A DNA stretch of 64,000 nt from Verrucomicrobiota bacterium (GTDB lineage Bacteria > Verrucomicrobiota > Verrucomicrobiia > Limisphaerales > AAA164-E04), in NCBI GenBank assembly GCA_047947115.1, contig CP170459.1, positions 5,024,001-5,088,000 on the forward strand, written 5' to 3'. This document shows positions 18,280 to 27,725 of this stretch, one piece after another. The first letter of the stretch is position 1; each line of letters starts with the position of its first letter. The notes beneath the pieces are model-generated. The model was not told the origin of the DNA, made no database searches, and saw only the letters and a list, made by a program, of their open reading frames with translations. The position numbers and the translations under genes were made by a program.

Positions 18280-19761
18280 TCAATTAACCGAATCATGCTT
18301 ACCGTCTTGTTTTTCACCCCCTGCTGATCCCTCAACCGCACCCTTTGCTTCCAGTTCACTGGCAGCAATCCGCTCCAGGGCAACCTTCACACGCAAGTCA
18401 CCAGGATTGACTTCCTGCGCTCTGTTCAAAAATTCTTTCGCTTTCACAAAATCCAGGCGCTCCTCATAGATCTGACTGGCAGCTATATATGCTTCAGGCA
18501 TACTTGGCTGATGAAGAATTGCTGTTTCAAAGGAACCAAGTGCCTCTTCATTTTGTCCCGTTGACATCAACGCAAAGCCCCGGTTGAAATGGGCATCCCC
18601 AGCGGATGGAGACAAAGCAATGGCCTTATCAAAACAGTCGATGGCTTCTTCCAGTTTTTGTTCATTTCCCAGCACCAAACCGAGCTGAATCCAAGCCAGG
18701 AAATTTTGATCATCCAGCTTAAGTCCTTCACGCAAGTTTGTTTTGGCTTCTTCCACTTTTCCTTCCCGCATCAACAGGTCGGACTTGATCAGATAGCCGT
18801 GGGTTGATTGTGGATATTCCTTCAGTATACGGTCCCCTAAGGGAATCGCCTCCTGCATTCGACCATGCGACATCATTAATCGATAATCTTCCAGCATGGC
18901 TTCCAACCCCACTCGGTGAACCGAGGCCATGGCAATGAACGGGTCCATCCAATCCATGTCTTCGGGAAGAATTTCGGCCGCTTTTCGTGTTGATTCCGAC
19001 TTTTCCAAATCTCCCAAACTCCTCAAAGCAACAGCCAGGGATTGTTGGGCCCTTTTGCGAGTACAAGGATGCGCATCACAACGCTCAAGAAATGCCTTGG
19101 CCTCAGCAAATCTTCCCTGCTGATTTCGAATCATCCCTAGTCCTAGCAATGCAGCCTCGTTATCAGGCGATTGAGCTTGGATCATTGAGAAAAGTTTTTC
19201 AGCTTCGTCAAACTGTCCGTTTTCCAGATACACATTCGCCAGTCGACGACGTATGGCCAATTGCTCTTCCGGTTTGCCGTTCTTTTCTATCAAGGCACTG
19301 GCCTCGGCAAGCAAGGAAACCCCCTTTTGCAAATCATCAGGAAAATAACAGATACCTTCGAAATACTTCCATTTCGCACTACTTTTACTTAGATTAAAGG
19401 CCTGCGAGAAAGCCTGTTGAGCCTCCTCTCGAAATTCATGCACCAAACAAGTCAATCCAAGTGCTCCCCACTTTTCATCAGAACCAGCATTCTCCCGCAC
19501 CACTTCCACAGCCTGTTGGATAGCTGCGGCAACCGCATGATCCGAAATGTCTTCCGGGATTTCCGGAATTTGGACCTTCAACTCGCTGGTCTGTTTTGGT
19601 TCAGGTGGTTTGGATTGCTTAAAGAAAAACAAAAATAACACTACAACCAATCCCGCCACAACCCAGCCCCAAAAAGGCAACTCTTTGACTGGTTTATCCG
19701 CACGAGCAGATTGCAACTGTTGTTTTATCTTTTGCCTGTTTTGTTCTCGTCTCTTCTTCAT
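18280..19761 (-). CDS. Membrane-anchored tetratricopeptide repeat protein
   Basis: One TM helix followed by many TPR motifs (AWIQLGLVL..EEAIDCFDKAIALSP); ATGA overlap with the upstream gene. Confidence 0.9.
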   Translation of the reverse strand: MKKRREQNRQKIKQQLQSARADKPVKELPFWGWVVAGLVVVLFLFFFKQSKPPEPKQTSELKVQIPEIPEDISDHAVAAAIQQAVEVVRENAGSDEKWGALGLTCLVHEFREEAQQAFSQAFNLSKSSAKWKYFEGICYFPDDLQKGVSLLAEASALIEKNGKPEEQLAIRRRLANVYLENGQFDEAEKLFSMIQAQSPDNEAALLGLGMIRNQQGRFAEAKAFLERCDAHPCTRKRAQQSLAVALRSLGDLEKSESTRKAAEILPEDMDWMDPFIAMASVHRVGLEAMLEDYRLMMSHGRMQEAIPLGDRILKEYPQSTHGYLIKSDLLMREGKVEEAKTNLREGLKLDDQNFLAWIQLGLVLGNEQKLEEAIDCFDKAIALSPSAGDAHFNRGFALMSTGQNEEALGSFETAILHQPSMPEAYIAASQIYEERLDFVKAKEFLNRAQEVNPGDLRVKVALERIAASELEAKGAVEGSAGGEKQDGKHDSVN

Positions 19762-21599
19762 TTTTGAATCTGCCCCGAACCCTTTTGCAGTTGAACATAC
19801 CCGTTAGCTTTGCCTGCGCCAAATGACTCACGCTCCCGGCCTGGCCAAATCACTTGAATGTCATCATACTCTGTCGCACTCCCCAATCCGACAATCACAC
19901 GCGGATCATTGGCGCACAGGTAACTGTAACCACTGTGCACCACTGACCGGAATACTTGACCTTTCACAATGACATCAACGATCGACCCCAAAGCCGTCCG
20001 GCCTCCTTGATCAGGAAGCACGGCGCTGATACCGACCCAGTTACCCCGCTTTGAAGCGACATTCTGAAAAACCCTGACAGGTGAACCAATGGGGGTCATC
20101 ACCAGATCCAAAGCCCCATCGTTGTCCAAATCGACCGCAGCCAAGCCTCTTCCGACATCTCCCTTGTCGCTTAGGTCAGGATTCATACTGGATATCTCAA
20201 CAAACCTGCCATCGCCATCATTTCGATAGGCCTGCGCCCGCTGTGCATACGGTTTCCAGAAATCCCTGACTTCATCTCGAAACGTGCGGTCTTGAAAATC
20301 GTTTCGACGAATCGCTCCGTTGACCATCACCAGATCTGCCCATCCGTCTGTGTCAAAATCGGCCAGGATGGTTCCAAAAGCAGTTCCTTTCCATTGCCGG
20401 GTCAACAACCCGGTCACAAGCGTCCTGTCGGTGTAAATCCCCGCGGGTCCCTGAGTCCACAACGTATGGTTTTCCGTTTTTAGATGCGTGATGAACACGT
20501 CCAGCAATCCATTGCGATCGACATCAGCTATCCCAATCCCCATATCAGCCTTGGCTTGGCCAATGCCGTCCACGGCAATCCCCCGCAGACCAGCTTCCTC
20601 TTTGAAGGTCCCATCGCCTTGATTGACGAACAACCGGTTGGGTTGCATATCATCCGCAAAAAACAGATCCACAAGACCATCACCGGAAAAATCCAGGCAA
20701 ACCACCCCCAAGCCGGGACCGGGCTTCGCGGCTAATCCGGATTGAACACTCACATCTTGAAATTGAAATGTAGTGACTTCCCCCGAACCTCCGAGGTTTC
20801 GAAAGAGCTTGCTTGCCGAGCCTGAAAACTGTTGCGGTCCGCAAAACTCCGAATCACCTCTGGGACTTCTGCATTTTTTTGAGGGATCATAGTGAACATA
20901 ATTTGCAACAACGATATCCAGCCACCCATCCGCATCATAATCAGCAATCGACACAGACATGCCCCAGGCTGAGTTGACAAGTCCGGACTGCGCGGTGACA
21001 TCTTCGAACGTTTTACCGTCACGGTTGCGAAATACCCTGATGCCCTGATATTCGGTCAAAACCAAATCATCCCACCCATCATTATTCAGATCCCCCACTC
21101 CCACCCCGTGGAAATACCCTCGAAGTCCGAGTTGATATTCGGCTGTCTTGTCAACAAAACCTCCATTAGCTTGCTGGACATACAGACAGTTCCCGGGTGA
21201 GTCTTGACTCACAGTCATCCTCAGAAAATACAGATCCATCAAACCGTCCTTATTAACATCCAAAACCCCCACTCCGGACCCGACACTGTTGGGCATATGA
21301 TATGGGTTTACATGGTCAGGTTCGTTCACAAATTCAGCCACCACATCTTTGGTGACATCTTTGAACCAAACATCAGTATCTGACACTTGGATTGATTGCT
21401 GAATGCCCGATGATTCAACTTCACCTTGATTCGCCGTATTTAAAACAGAGTCAGGCCAACAACCTGCAAGGAGAAGGAAAAAGAGGCAGGACAATCCTCG
21501 AAAAGCTCGATGGCGCGCGAGGCATTGGGTCACGTAATTATATGCTGCATATGTTATCAACGGTATATTCCTTTCCAAATTCACCTTAATCGCCACCAA
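19758..21599 (-). CDS. CRTAC1 / ASPIC-UnbV family FG-GAP repeat protein, probable lipoprotein
   Basis: Repeated D-x-N/D-x-D-G-x-x-D-L motifs; C-terminal SGYSYLCANDPRVIVGLG; LLAGC lipobox (likely GTG start near 21533). Confidence 0.9.
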   Translation of the reverse strand: MVAIKVNLERNIPLITYAAYNYVTQCLARHRAFRGLSCLFFLLLAGCWPDSVLNTANQGEVESSGIQQSIQVSDTDVWFKDVTKDVVAEFVNEPDHVNPYHMPNSVGSGVGVLDVNKDGLMDLYFLRMTVSQDSPGNCLYVQQANGGFVDKTAEYQLGLRGYFHGVGVGDLNNDGWDDLVLTEYQGIRVFRNRDGKTFEDVTAQSGLVNSAWGMSVSIADYDADGWLDIVVANYVHYDPSKKCRSPRGDSEFCGPQQFSGSASKLFRNLGGSGEVTTFQFQDVSVQSGLAAKPGPGLGVVCLDFSGDGLVDLFFADDMQPNRLFVNQGDGTFKEEAGLRGIAVDGIGQAKADMGIGIADVDRNGLLDVFITHLKTENHTLWTQGPAGIYTDRTLVTGLLTRQWKGTAFGTILADFDTDGWADLVMVNGAIRRNDFQDRTFRDEVRDFWKPYAQRAQAYRNDGDGRFVEISSMNPDLSDKGDVGRGLAAVDLDNDGALDLVMTPIGSPVRVFQNVASKRGNWVGISAVLPDQGGRTALGSIVDVIVKGQVFRSVVHSGYSYLCANDPRVIVGLGSATEYDDIQVIWPGRERESFGAGKANGYVQLQKGSGQIQK

Positions 21600-21682
21600 A
21601 CACCCAAAGCAAGAAATTAACCGAACAAACCCCCTCCCAACCGTATCAAATGGAATCCCCTTTCTAAAAATTGTGTCTTAGT

Positions 21683-21712
21683 AAAAAAAAGGCACCCGGA
21701 TACCCGGGTGCC
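21683..21712 (-). terminator. Intrinsic terminator after the 1234-aa exported protein
   Basis: On the - strand GGCACCCGG-GTAT-CCGGGTGCC-T8. Confidence 0.88.
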
Positions 21713-21754
21713 CTTGATTATTTTCCAGTTAATACTTAAACAGGTTGTAAAGAA

Positions 21755-24700
21755 TCATTTCTTCTTACCTTTGGCTCCGGGATTGCCAGGAGTGTTTCCT
21801 GGATCATCGTTGCCGCCGTTGTTGTCATGACCCGGAGTATTGCCGTCAACACCGTTGCCAACACCTTCGTTGGCTTCTGAGCTGCTCGGGCTGACTACGT
21901 TCACCGTGTAGGTGGTGATCGTTGTATTACAGCCATCGGTGGCAGTTGCCACAAAGGTGATCACATTGCCATTACCTCCGGCATCCACAATGGTCACGTT
22001 GATCAGACCGGAATCGGCTTGCTCAAACTCAACGATCGTGTCAGCGGTCTTGTCGGTTACCTTACCTTTTGCATTGGTCTTGGCAGCACTGTAAGTCACG
22101 GCCAAAGCAACGTCGCAATTGTCGCTTGCTGCAATCTGGAAGGTCACCGGCGCATCCGCAGGTGTGATGTCGGCTGCGTCACTGGCGATAACGGGCGCGG
22201 TCGTGTCTTCAACGGTCACAACCTGAGTAGCCACGGTAACGTTGCCACAGGCATCCGTAGCTGTCCAAGTGCGGGTCAAGGTGTAACTGCCAACACAGGT
22301 ACCGTCGGTCTTGACTTCGTCAAACACCAGGCTCGGAGCATCACAGGCGTCGGTTGCGCTCACGCTGGCCACTGCTGGCACTGAGTCGCATTCCACCGTC
22401 ACATCAGCAGGAACTCCCACCAATGCTGGGGCTGTTGTATCTTGAACCACAATGAGCTGATCTCCACTCACAGAGTTTCCGCTTCCATCAATCGCGGTCC
22501 AGGTGCGAACAACAGTGTAGGTGCTGCCACAAGTTTCAGTCACAACATCGTTGTAGCTGACATCCACTAAGCAGTTGTCCGTAGCAGTCGCGCTTCCGGT
22601 TGAAGCAACGCTGGTGTCTGCTGGGCATTCCAGTGTCTGATCAGCAGGAATGACCAACACAGGCGGAACCAAGTCAGTAACGGTCACCGAGATCGTACCG
22701 GAAACGGTTTCTTTACCATCGGTTACGGTGACGGTCACAACGGTTGTGCCCAATCCGTATGGTCCGGCGGGATCAGCCGTAATCGTCAATTCATCACCAT
22801 CTGGATCGCTGGTGCCAGCCGCCAATTGAGAGGCAGTGATCACTGCCTGACAATCTCCGTCTGCGTCAGCGCTGAATCCTTCAGGATTCAAAACCAAAAC
22901 AGGAGGCTGATTCGAAGAGACAACCGTTGAGTTGGTGTTGTTGTCTTCATTGAACTCGTTAACCTGACCATCGGGATCCACCATGGCCAAAACGTTCAAT
23001 GCGGTCTCACCAGGAGCGAGTGCGTCTTCGATCGTGATGCTTACATCTTGCTGACCTTGGGCAAAACCAGACAATTCCACTGCTGCAGCTCTTCCACCGA
23101 AGAAGAAGCGGATTCGAGTATCAACGTTAAGAGCTGCATTGACATCCTCAAACAAGGCGACGGTAGCTGTAACGACTGCCGAATTATTGACTTCATTGTA
23201 AACAGCGCTGATAGCTGGAACAGACAGATCACTTTCGGTATATACCAAAAGGACATCCGCAACACTGTCAGAAGGCAAGTCGTTCGGGTTGGATGAAACG
23301 ACTCGGAGACCCACGGTCAGTGTTTTCGGCTCATTGAAGATAACGTCGATGGTTTGACCGCAGGATGAACCCGCAGCAGGATCTTGACCTGTCAACGCAT
23401 CGTCAACAGAATCACCGTAGATTCCATCACCATTCAAATCCCAGCACCATGACACGATGGTCTCACCGGGATTAGGATCATAAGATTCGCTACCATCCAA
23501 AGTAACGGTCTGTCCAGGGCGACCTTCGTAGTTGGGAGCCTGAGCAGCTGGAATAGCGATCGAGATGGGAGGAACTGGTGTTCCAGCTGGATCGACAATA
23601 TGAATCACCGTATCGGTAGAATCCGTGGAACCAAGATCATCCACAACGGTCAAGGTGACATTCAAATCACCGACAGAATCCACCAAGTTGGCAGGTACAA
23701 CCGGAGCAACTCCTGTTGCAGTGCCAGTTTCACCACCGATCTCAAAGTCCCAATTGTAAGCAACAATCGTGCGATTCGCTGGGTCAGCGTGATAAGAAGT
23801 ACTTCCGTCTACGATGAATGAAGCGCCAACGGCAAACGTGTCTGAAGCCACAACAATCTCAGCAACAGGCAGCGCCTTGGTCACACCGCGATTAAGCAGC
23901 AGAATGGCGTGGGAGGTACGAATGTGACTTCCATAGCCAGTCGGGCTACCGTGCAAATTACCTTGCCAGGATCCATCGACTCCCTGACCAAACGCATTGC
24001 CTGCAGACTTAGGTGTTGCATGATGGTTGTGTGTCGTTTTACCCAACAACCAATCATCGATCTCACGCTGCCAGTCTATAGAACCGAGTTCTGGGGTGTT
24101 GATCGTTTCAATTTCCTGAATGGCCAAGCCCTTCTTGATACCGAAGGCTGTGTAATAATCACCGTTCCCAGCCCAAAGTGTTTCGTAAATTGTATAATTT
24201 GAAGTATGTTTCTGGTAGAAGTTCTGCCCAATATAATTGGCAGCACGAACAGCGTTGTCATCGCCGTCAGCAACCCATTTGTCACCCAAAGAGAATCCAA
24301 CCAAACTTCCGCCAGTCATACCGGCATTCGTCCAACTTCCTCCGCCTAAGTAGCTACAACCACCATCGGCAAACTGAGTATTCTGAAAACCAAGCACACT
24401 ACGAGCACTCAATTCAGGTTTCACTGGATATCCCCAACGATCGATCGCTGTGCGCTGAGCCAGGGCGACCCATTGCTGAGCGGAACCATCCAATCGACCA
24501 CCATCACCAGTCATGTTGTAAACCCAACCACCGTCGCCTCTTTTGGCAACCCAGAACTGATCGAGGACATCGCCAATAAACTCGTAAATAGTGCTTCCTG
24601 CGTGAGGTCCTGCAGCAATTGTTGCAGATTTAGCGGCCTCTGCTGTAGGATAAGAAAACGTAACCCCCAGAGCCATGATGCCGGAAGCATAAACAGGCGC

Positions 24701-25459
24701 CCAACTTGTGTATGCGCCTTTATTGTTTCCGTTATGATCAAACTCACCAGAAGTGGTGGTGGATTGCAGATATCCACCGTTACCCTCAGTAATGAAATTA
24801 ACCGCATGCTGAGCAATTTCAGAGTAGACGTCAGCTACCCGGTCGTTGCCTGGCAAATGGCCATTTTCCGCAAAAGCCAAAAGAGCCAAAGGTGTGCTTG
24901 CACTGGCCCTGTGCGCGGTGTCCCAGTAGGCGCGGCTGCCGGAGCGCGTGGCACGGTTGTAAAGGTTCAGCAAACCGTATTCAATCGCAACGTTAACCTC
25001 ATCTTCGTGTTCGCCCGGCTCGCGCACATCAATTTCGGCGGAACGGGAAACAGCGGTAGAATCATCAGCACCGTTTTCCTTGACGGTCAAGGTCACCACT
25101 TTCGGGCCCTTGGCACCGAAGGTGTGCAAGCGAGAAATGAAACTGTTGCTTTCATTAAAGCTAGGGTGATTATCAAAACCATCTCCAGGAACATGCCAAT
25201 TGGCATCCTGAACGCCATCAACAGTCCACTTGTATTGGTAACTGCCAGAACCACCCCAGGCACGTCCCCACAAGGTGATTTGCTGGTTTTTGATGGAGAT
25301 ACCATACTTACCACGGTTTTGACTGTTACTTGGCATGACGGACACGCTCTGTGCCATTGCCTGCTGCGCCATGGACAGCAGCATCGCAATTGCCAGACCG
25401 GCCATGATGAATGTTTTGCCGCCAAACAGGCGACTTAGTGTTAGTTTATTTTTGGTCAT
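21755..25459 (-). CDS. Large exported protein: PKD + prenyltransferase-like toroid + PKD x2 + CARDB-like + HYR-like repeats + Gly/Asn/Pro tail
   Basis: Signal peptide; DGGWVY, QFADGGCSY, QGVDGSW; DGSESYDP..WCWDLNGDG; VDPDGQVNEFNEDNN; ATDNC..RTWTA..DACGN repeats. Confidence 0.85.
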   Translation of the reverse strand: MTKNKLTLSRLFGGKTFIMAGLAIAMLLSMAQQAMAQSVSVMPSNSQNRGKYGISIKNQQITLWGRAWGGSGSYQYKWTVDGVQDANWHVPGDGFDNHPSFNESNSFISRLHTFGAKGPKVVTLTVKENGADDSTAVSRSAEIDVREPGEHEDEVNVAIEYGLLNLYNRATRSGSRAYWDTAHRASASTPLALLAFAENGHLPGNDRVADVYSEIAQHAVNFITEGNGGYLQSTTTSGEFDHNGNNKGAYTSWAPVYASGIMALGVTFSYPTAEAAKSATIAAGPHAGSTIYEFIGDVLDQFWVAKRGDGGWVYNMTGDGGRLDGSAQQWVALAQRTAIDRWGYPVKPELSARSVLGFQNTQFADGGCSYLGGGSWTNAGMTGGSLVGFSLGDKWVADGDDNAVRAANYIGQNFYQKHTSNYTIYETLWAGNGDYYTAFGIKKGLAIQEIETINTPELGSIDWQREIDDWLLGKTTHNHHATPKSAGNAFGQGVDGSWQGNLHGSPTGYGSHIRTSHAILLLNRGVTKALPVAEIVVASDTFAVGASFIVDGSTSYHADPANRTIVAYNWDFEIGGETGTATGVAPVVPANLVDSVGDLNVTLTVVDDLGSTDSTDTVIHIVDPAGTPVPPISIAIPAAQAPNYEGRPGQTVTLDGSESYDPNPGETIVSWCWDLNGDGIYGDSVDDALTGQDPAAGSSCGQTIDVIFNEPKTLTVGLRVVSSNPNDLPSDSVADVLLVYTESDLSVPAISAVYNEVNNSAVVTATVALFEDVNAALNVDTRIRFFFGGRAAAVELSGFAQGQQDVSITIEDALAPGETALNVLAMVDPDGQVNEFNEDNNTNSTVVSSNQPPVLVLNPEGFSADADGDCQAVITASQLAAGTSDPDGDELTITADPAGPYGLGTTVVTVTVTDGKETVSGTISVTVTDLVPPVLVIPADQTLECPADTSVASTGSATATDNCLVDVSYNDVVTETCGSTYTVVRTWTAIDGSGNSVSGDQLIVVQDTTAPALVGVPADVTVECDSVPAVASVSATDACDAPSLVFDEVKTDGTCVGSYTLTRTWTATDACGNVTVATQVVTVEDTTAPVIASDAADITPADAPVTFQIAASDNCDVALAVTYSAAKTNAKGKVTDKTADTIVEFEQADSGLINVTIVDAGGNGNVITFVATATDGCNTTITTYTVNVVSPSSSEANEGVGNGVDGNTPGHDNNGGNDDPGNTPGNPGAKGKKK

Positions 25460-25575
25460 AATATATTCTCAATAGAGATTATTACATCACCATTGAGGAT
25501 TGATTTAGTGGGTTTGGACTCAATTAAAGGCTCTTTAAACCTTACCGCATTCCTTCACATCGGATGCAAGCCAAG

Positions 25576-25591
25576 AGCAGCATGTATGCCA
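25576..25591 (-). promoter_or_regulatory. Candidate sigma-54 (-24/-12) promoter for the large exported protein
   Basis: TGGCATACATGCTGCT has GG-N10-GC spacing, about 117 bp upstream of the ATG at 25459. Confidence 0.55.
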
Positions 25592-26065
25592 CAAACATAA
25601 ATACTAATCACCAAACGATTCATCTCATTGATGACATGCTTTTTACGTATCCGACAATCACTTCTTCCAGAATAATCGCCACACATCTTACTTCTCTCTA
25701 TTTCGCAGTTGTTCGTATTTACTCGGAAATATTCACAGTTCCTCGCCCAGTGAAGGTGCTAATATTCCGAATAACACTCCCTAACTCCCACAAAGGCCAA
25801 ACCTCAGACAACCCTCGGTTCAAATTAGCAGACCTATCTCTTGCCAAAAGAACTAGGAAAGGTGACTTCATTGCCAATTCTAATCAAAGGCGACAGGATT
25901 TCCAACAGCATCACCCTCGCCATCATTGAACCAGCTATTTGACGCAGTTTTGACATACGAATCGCTCAGTTTAAGGACTGATTAGCTCTTTTTAATCTTG
26001 CTGTCGGCTTGCTCCTGTATTAGACAAAGAGATAAGACTTTGAGTCGACACTCCGTTCATTCCAA

Positions 26066-27142
26066 ATGCATTCAAGTACCAAACACCACACCGGATCTTC
26101 CAACGTAGTTCTGATTGTCGGAATTGCGGCCTTCGCGGCGTTAATATTTCTAGCCATGTTTAGCGGACGTTCCAACGAGGATGCCCAGGAAAACTTCTCA
26201 ACAAAAATACCATCAATAAACGACCAACCATCTTCTCCTGTTTCCAATGCAGGTGGCAGCGACTTTGCTCGCAATACATTCAACACTAGCTTGCAATCAA
26301 GAGGAAACAATCCATCTGAAGCAGGCGACCCTGATCAGCATTTCAGCACCACGATCGAGAAAGAAATCGAGACTGCACTCATGCACGGAAGCCGATCAAC
26401 CCGCGAGCAATTATTGCAACAAATCGCAACGCTACTTGCTACAAATGATTTAAACCGGGCCACTGCTCTCCTTGAGGAGATTCTTGCCAACAACAAAACC
26501 GAACACGCGGCACCCGTATTTGTTAAGGCTGTGGTGGATGAACTCATGCAACAAGATCCTGACCTGGCAGTAGCCTGGGCGGATGCCCTCCCCGAATCTA
26601 TGGGTAATCTGGCACGGGATACAGCGCTGAAAGCATGGTTGGCAAGCGATGTTTTCGCTGCAGCGGAATGGGTGAATCACCTGGAAGAACCGAATCTACG
26701 AAAAACCTTCACACAACAGGTAGCCTTAAACCTTCTCAATGCCCCACCATCAGCTGAAGCTCTGAACTGGGCACAAACTCTTGCCAATTCACCAGATGGA
26801 AGCCAGCACATGGACAGCATTTCGCGCATTTGGGCAAAGAACGACCTAAATGGCGCTTCCCAATGGGCTCAAGGCTTATCTGATCCAGGCGATCAAACAA
26901 AGGCGACAACCGGTGTGGCAAGCACTTTGGCCGAACAAGGCCTTGATGCCGTAGTGAATTGGGTCAGCCAACTCCCCAACGAAGATGGTTATCGAGATGA
27001 GGTCATCATGTACGTCGCATACGATCTGGATGGTCAACACAATGGAATGGGCCTTGAACTCGCCAAAAAATTCAATCACATCTACTCCATCGAACGCGAA
27101 CAATCGGGTTCCGTTACCTCCATCCCAACCCCCTCCCAATAA
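26066..27142 (+). CDS. Hypothetical protein: N-terminal TM anchor plus helical repeats (paralog of 15026-16102)
   Basis: TM VVLIVGIAAFAALIFLAMF; QDPDLAVAWA, WLASDVFAAAEWV, WAKNDLNGASQWA. Confidence 0.8.
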   Translation: MHSSTKHHTGSSNVVLIVGIAAFAALIFLAMFSGRSNEDAQENFSTKIPSINDQPSSPVSNAGGSDFARNTFNTSLQSRGNNPSEAGDPDQHFSTTIEKEIETALMHGSRSTREQLLQQIATLLATNDLNRATALLEEILANNKTEHAAPVFVKAVVDELMQQDPDLAVAWADALPESMGNLARDTALKAWLASDVFAAAEWVNHLEEPNLRKTFTQQVALNLLNAPPSAEALNWAQTLANSPDGSQHMDSISRIWAKNDLNGASQWAQGLSDPGDQTKATTGVASTLAEQGLDAVVNWVSQLPNEDGYRDEVIMYVAYDLDGQHNGMGLELAKKFNHIYSIEREQSGSVTSIPTPSQ

Positions 27143-27725
27143 GGACGTTTCTTAAAGGCATCGAATTCCCCCTCCGAGGGATGAGTGCCTAATTCAGTCC
27201 CGTATCAAACGTTACAATCCACATTGATTGTCCCTTCTCGCCAACCATTTCCGCATGGATGAAACGTTCATGCAATGCGTCGGCGCGCTTATTTTCTTGA
27301 TTTCTTCTAAGGTAAGAGGCGGCAGATAACTCTTACTAGATGAACCGCATGACTAACACCTCAATAAAACACCCTCCCCAACGATAGGGATTCACATGGG
27401 TCGTATTAAAAACACGTAATGAATGGAGAAAACTAAAACAAAAAGGTGCAACAAAGTGTATAAGCAGCTTAATCACAAAATTTTTCCGTTTGAACAACTT
27501 TGAAACGAATGCGTCTAAAATTCCAATTCCATTTTAATTCGGACTACACGCAAGTATTTTGAAACAAAACAGGCATCTTAAACGTTAATTCTGAATATAT
27601 TATTACATTGACGAACATGAAACAGGTCCAAGACGGACAACAGACCGAAACCTTGGTTGCTATTGTTGTTAAATGAGATATGATATCCGGCACAACCACC
27701 TTTGCACAATGAAGCCTAAATATTG

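Noticed and set aside
24473..25438. Long antisense ORFs over major genes (also 51236-52093, 57963-58766 and others)
   Set aside because: Shadow ORFs opposite well-supported genes, with no protein motifs.
25564..25929. 121-aa ORF in the divergent intergenic region
   Set aside because: No motifs, AT-rich, overlaps the candidate promoter; more likely regulatory DNA.
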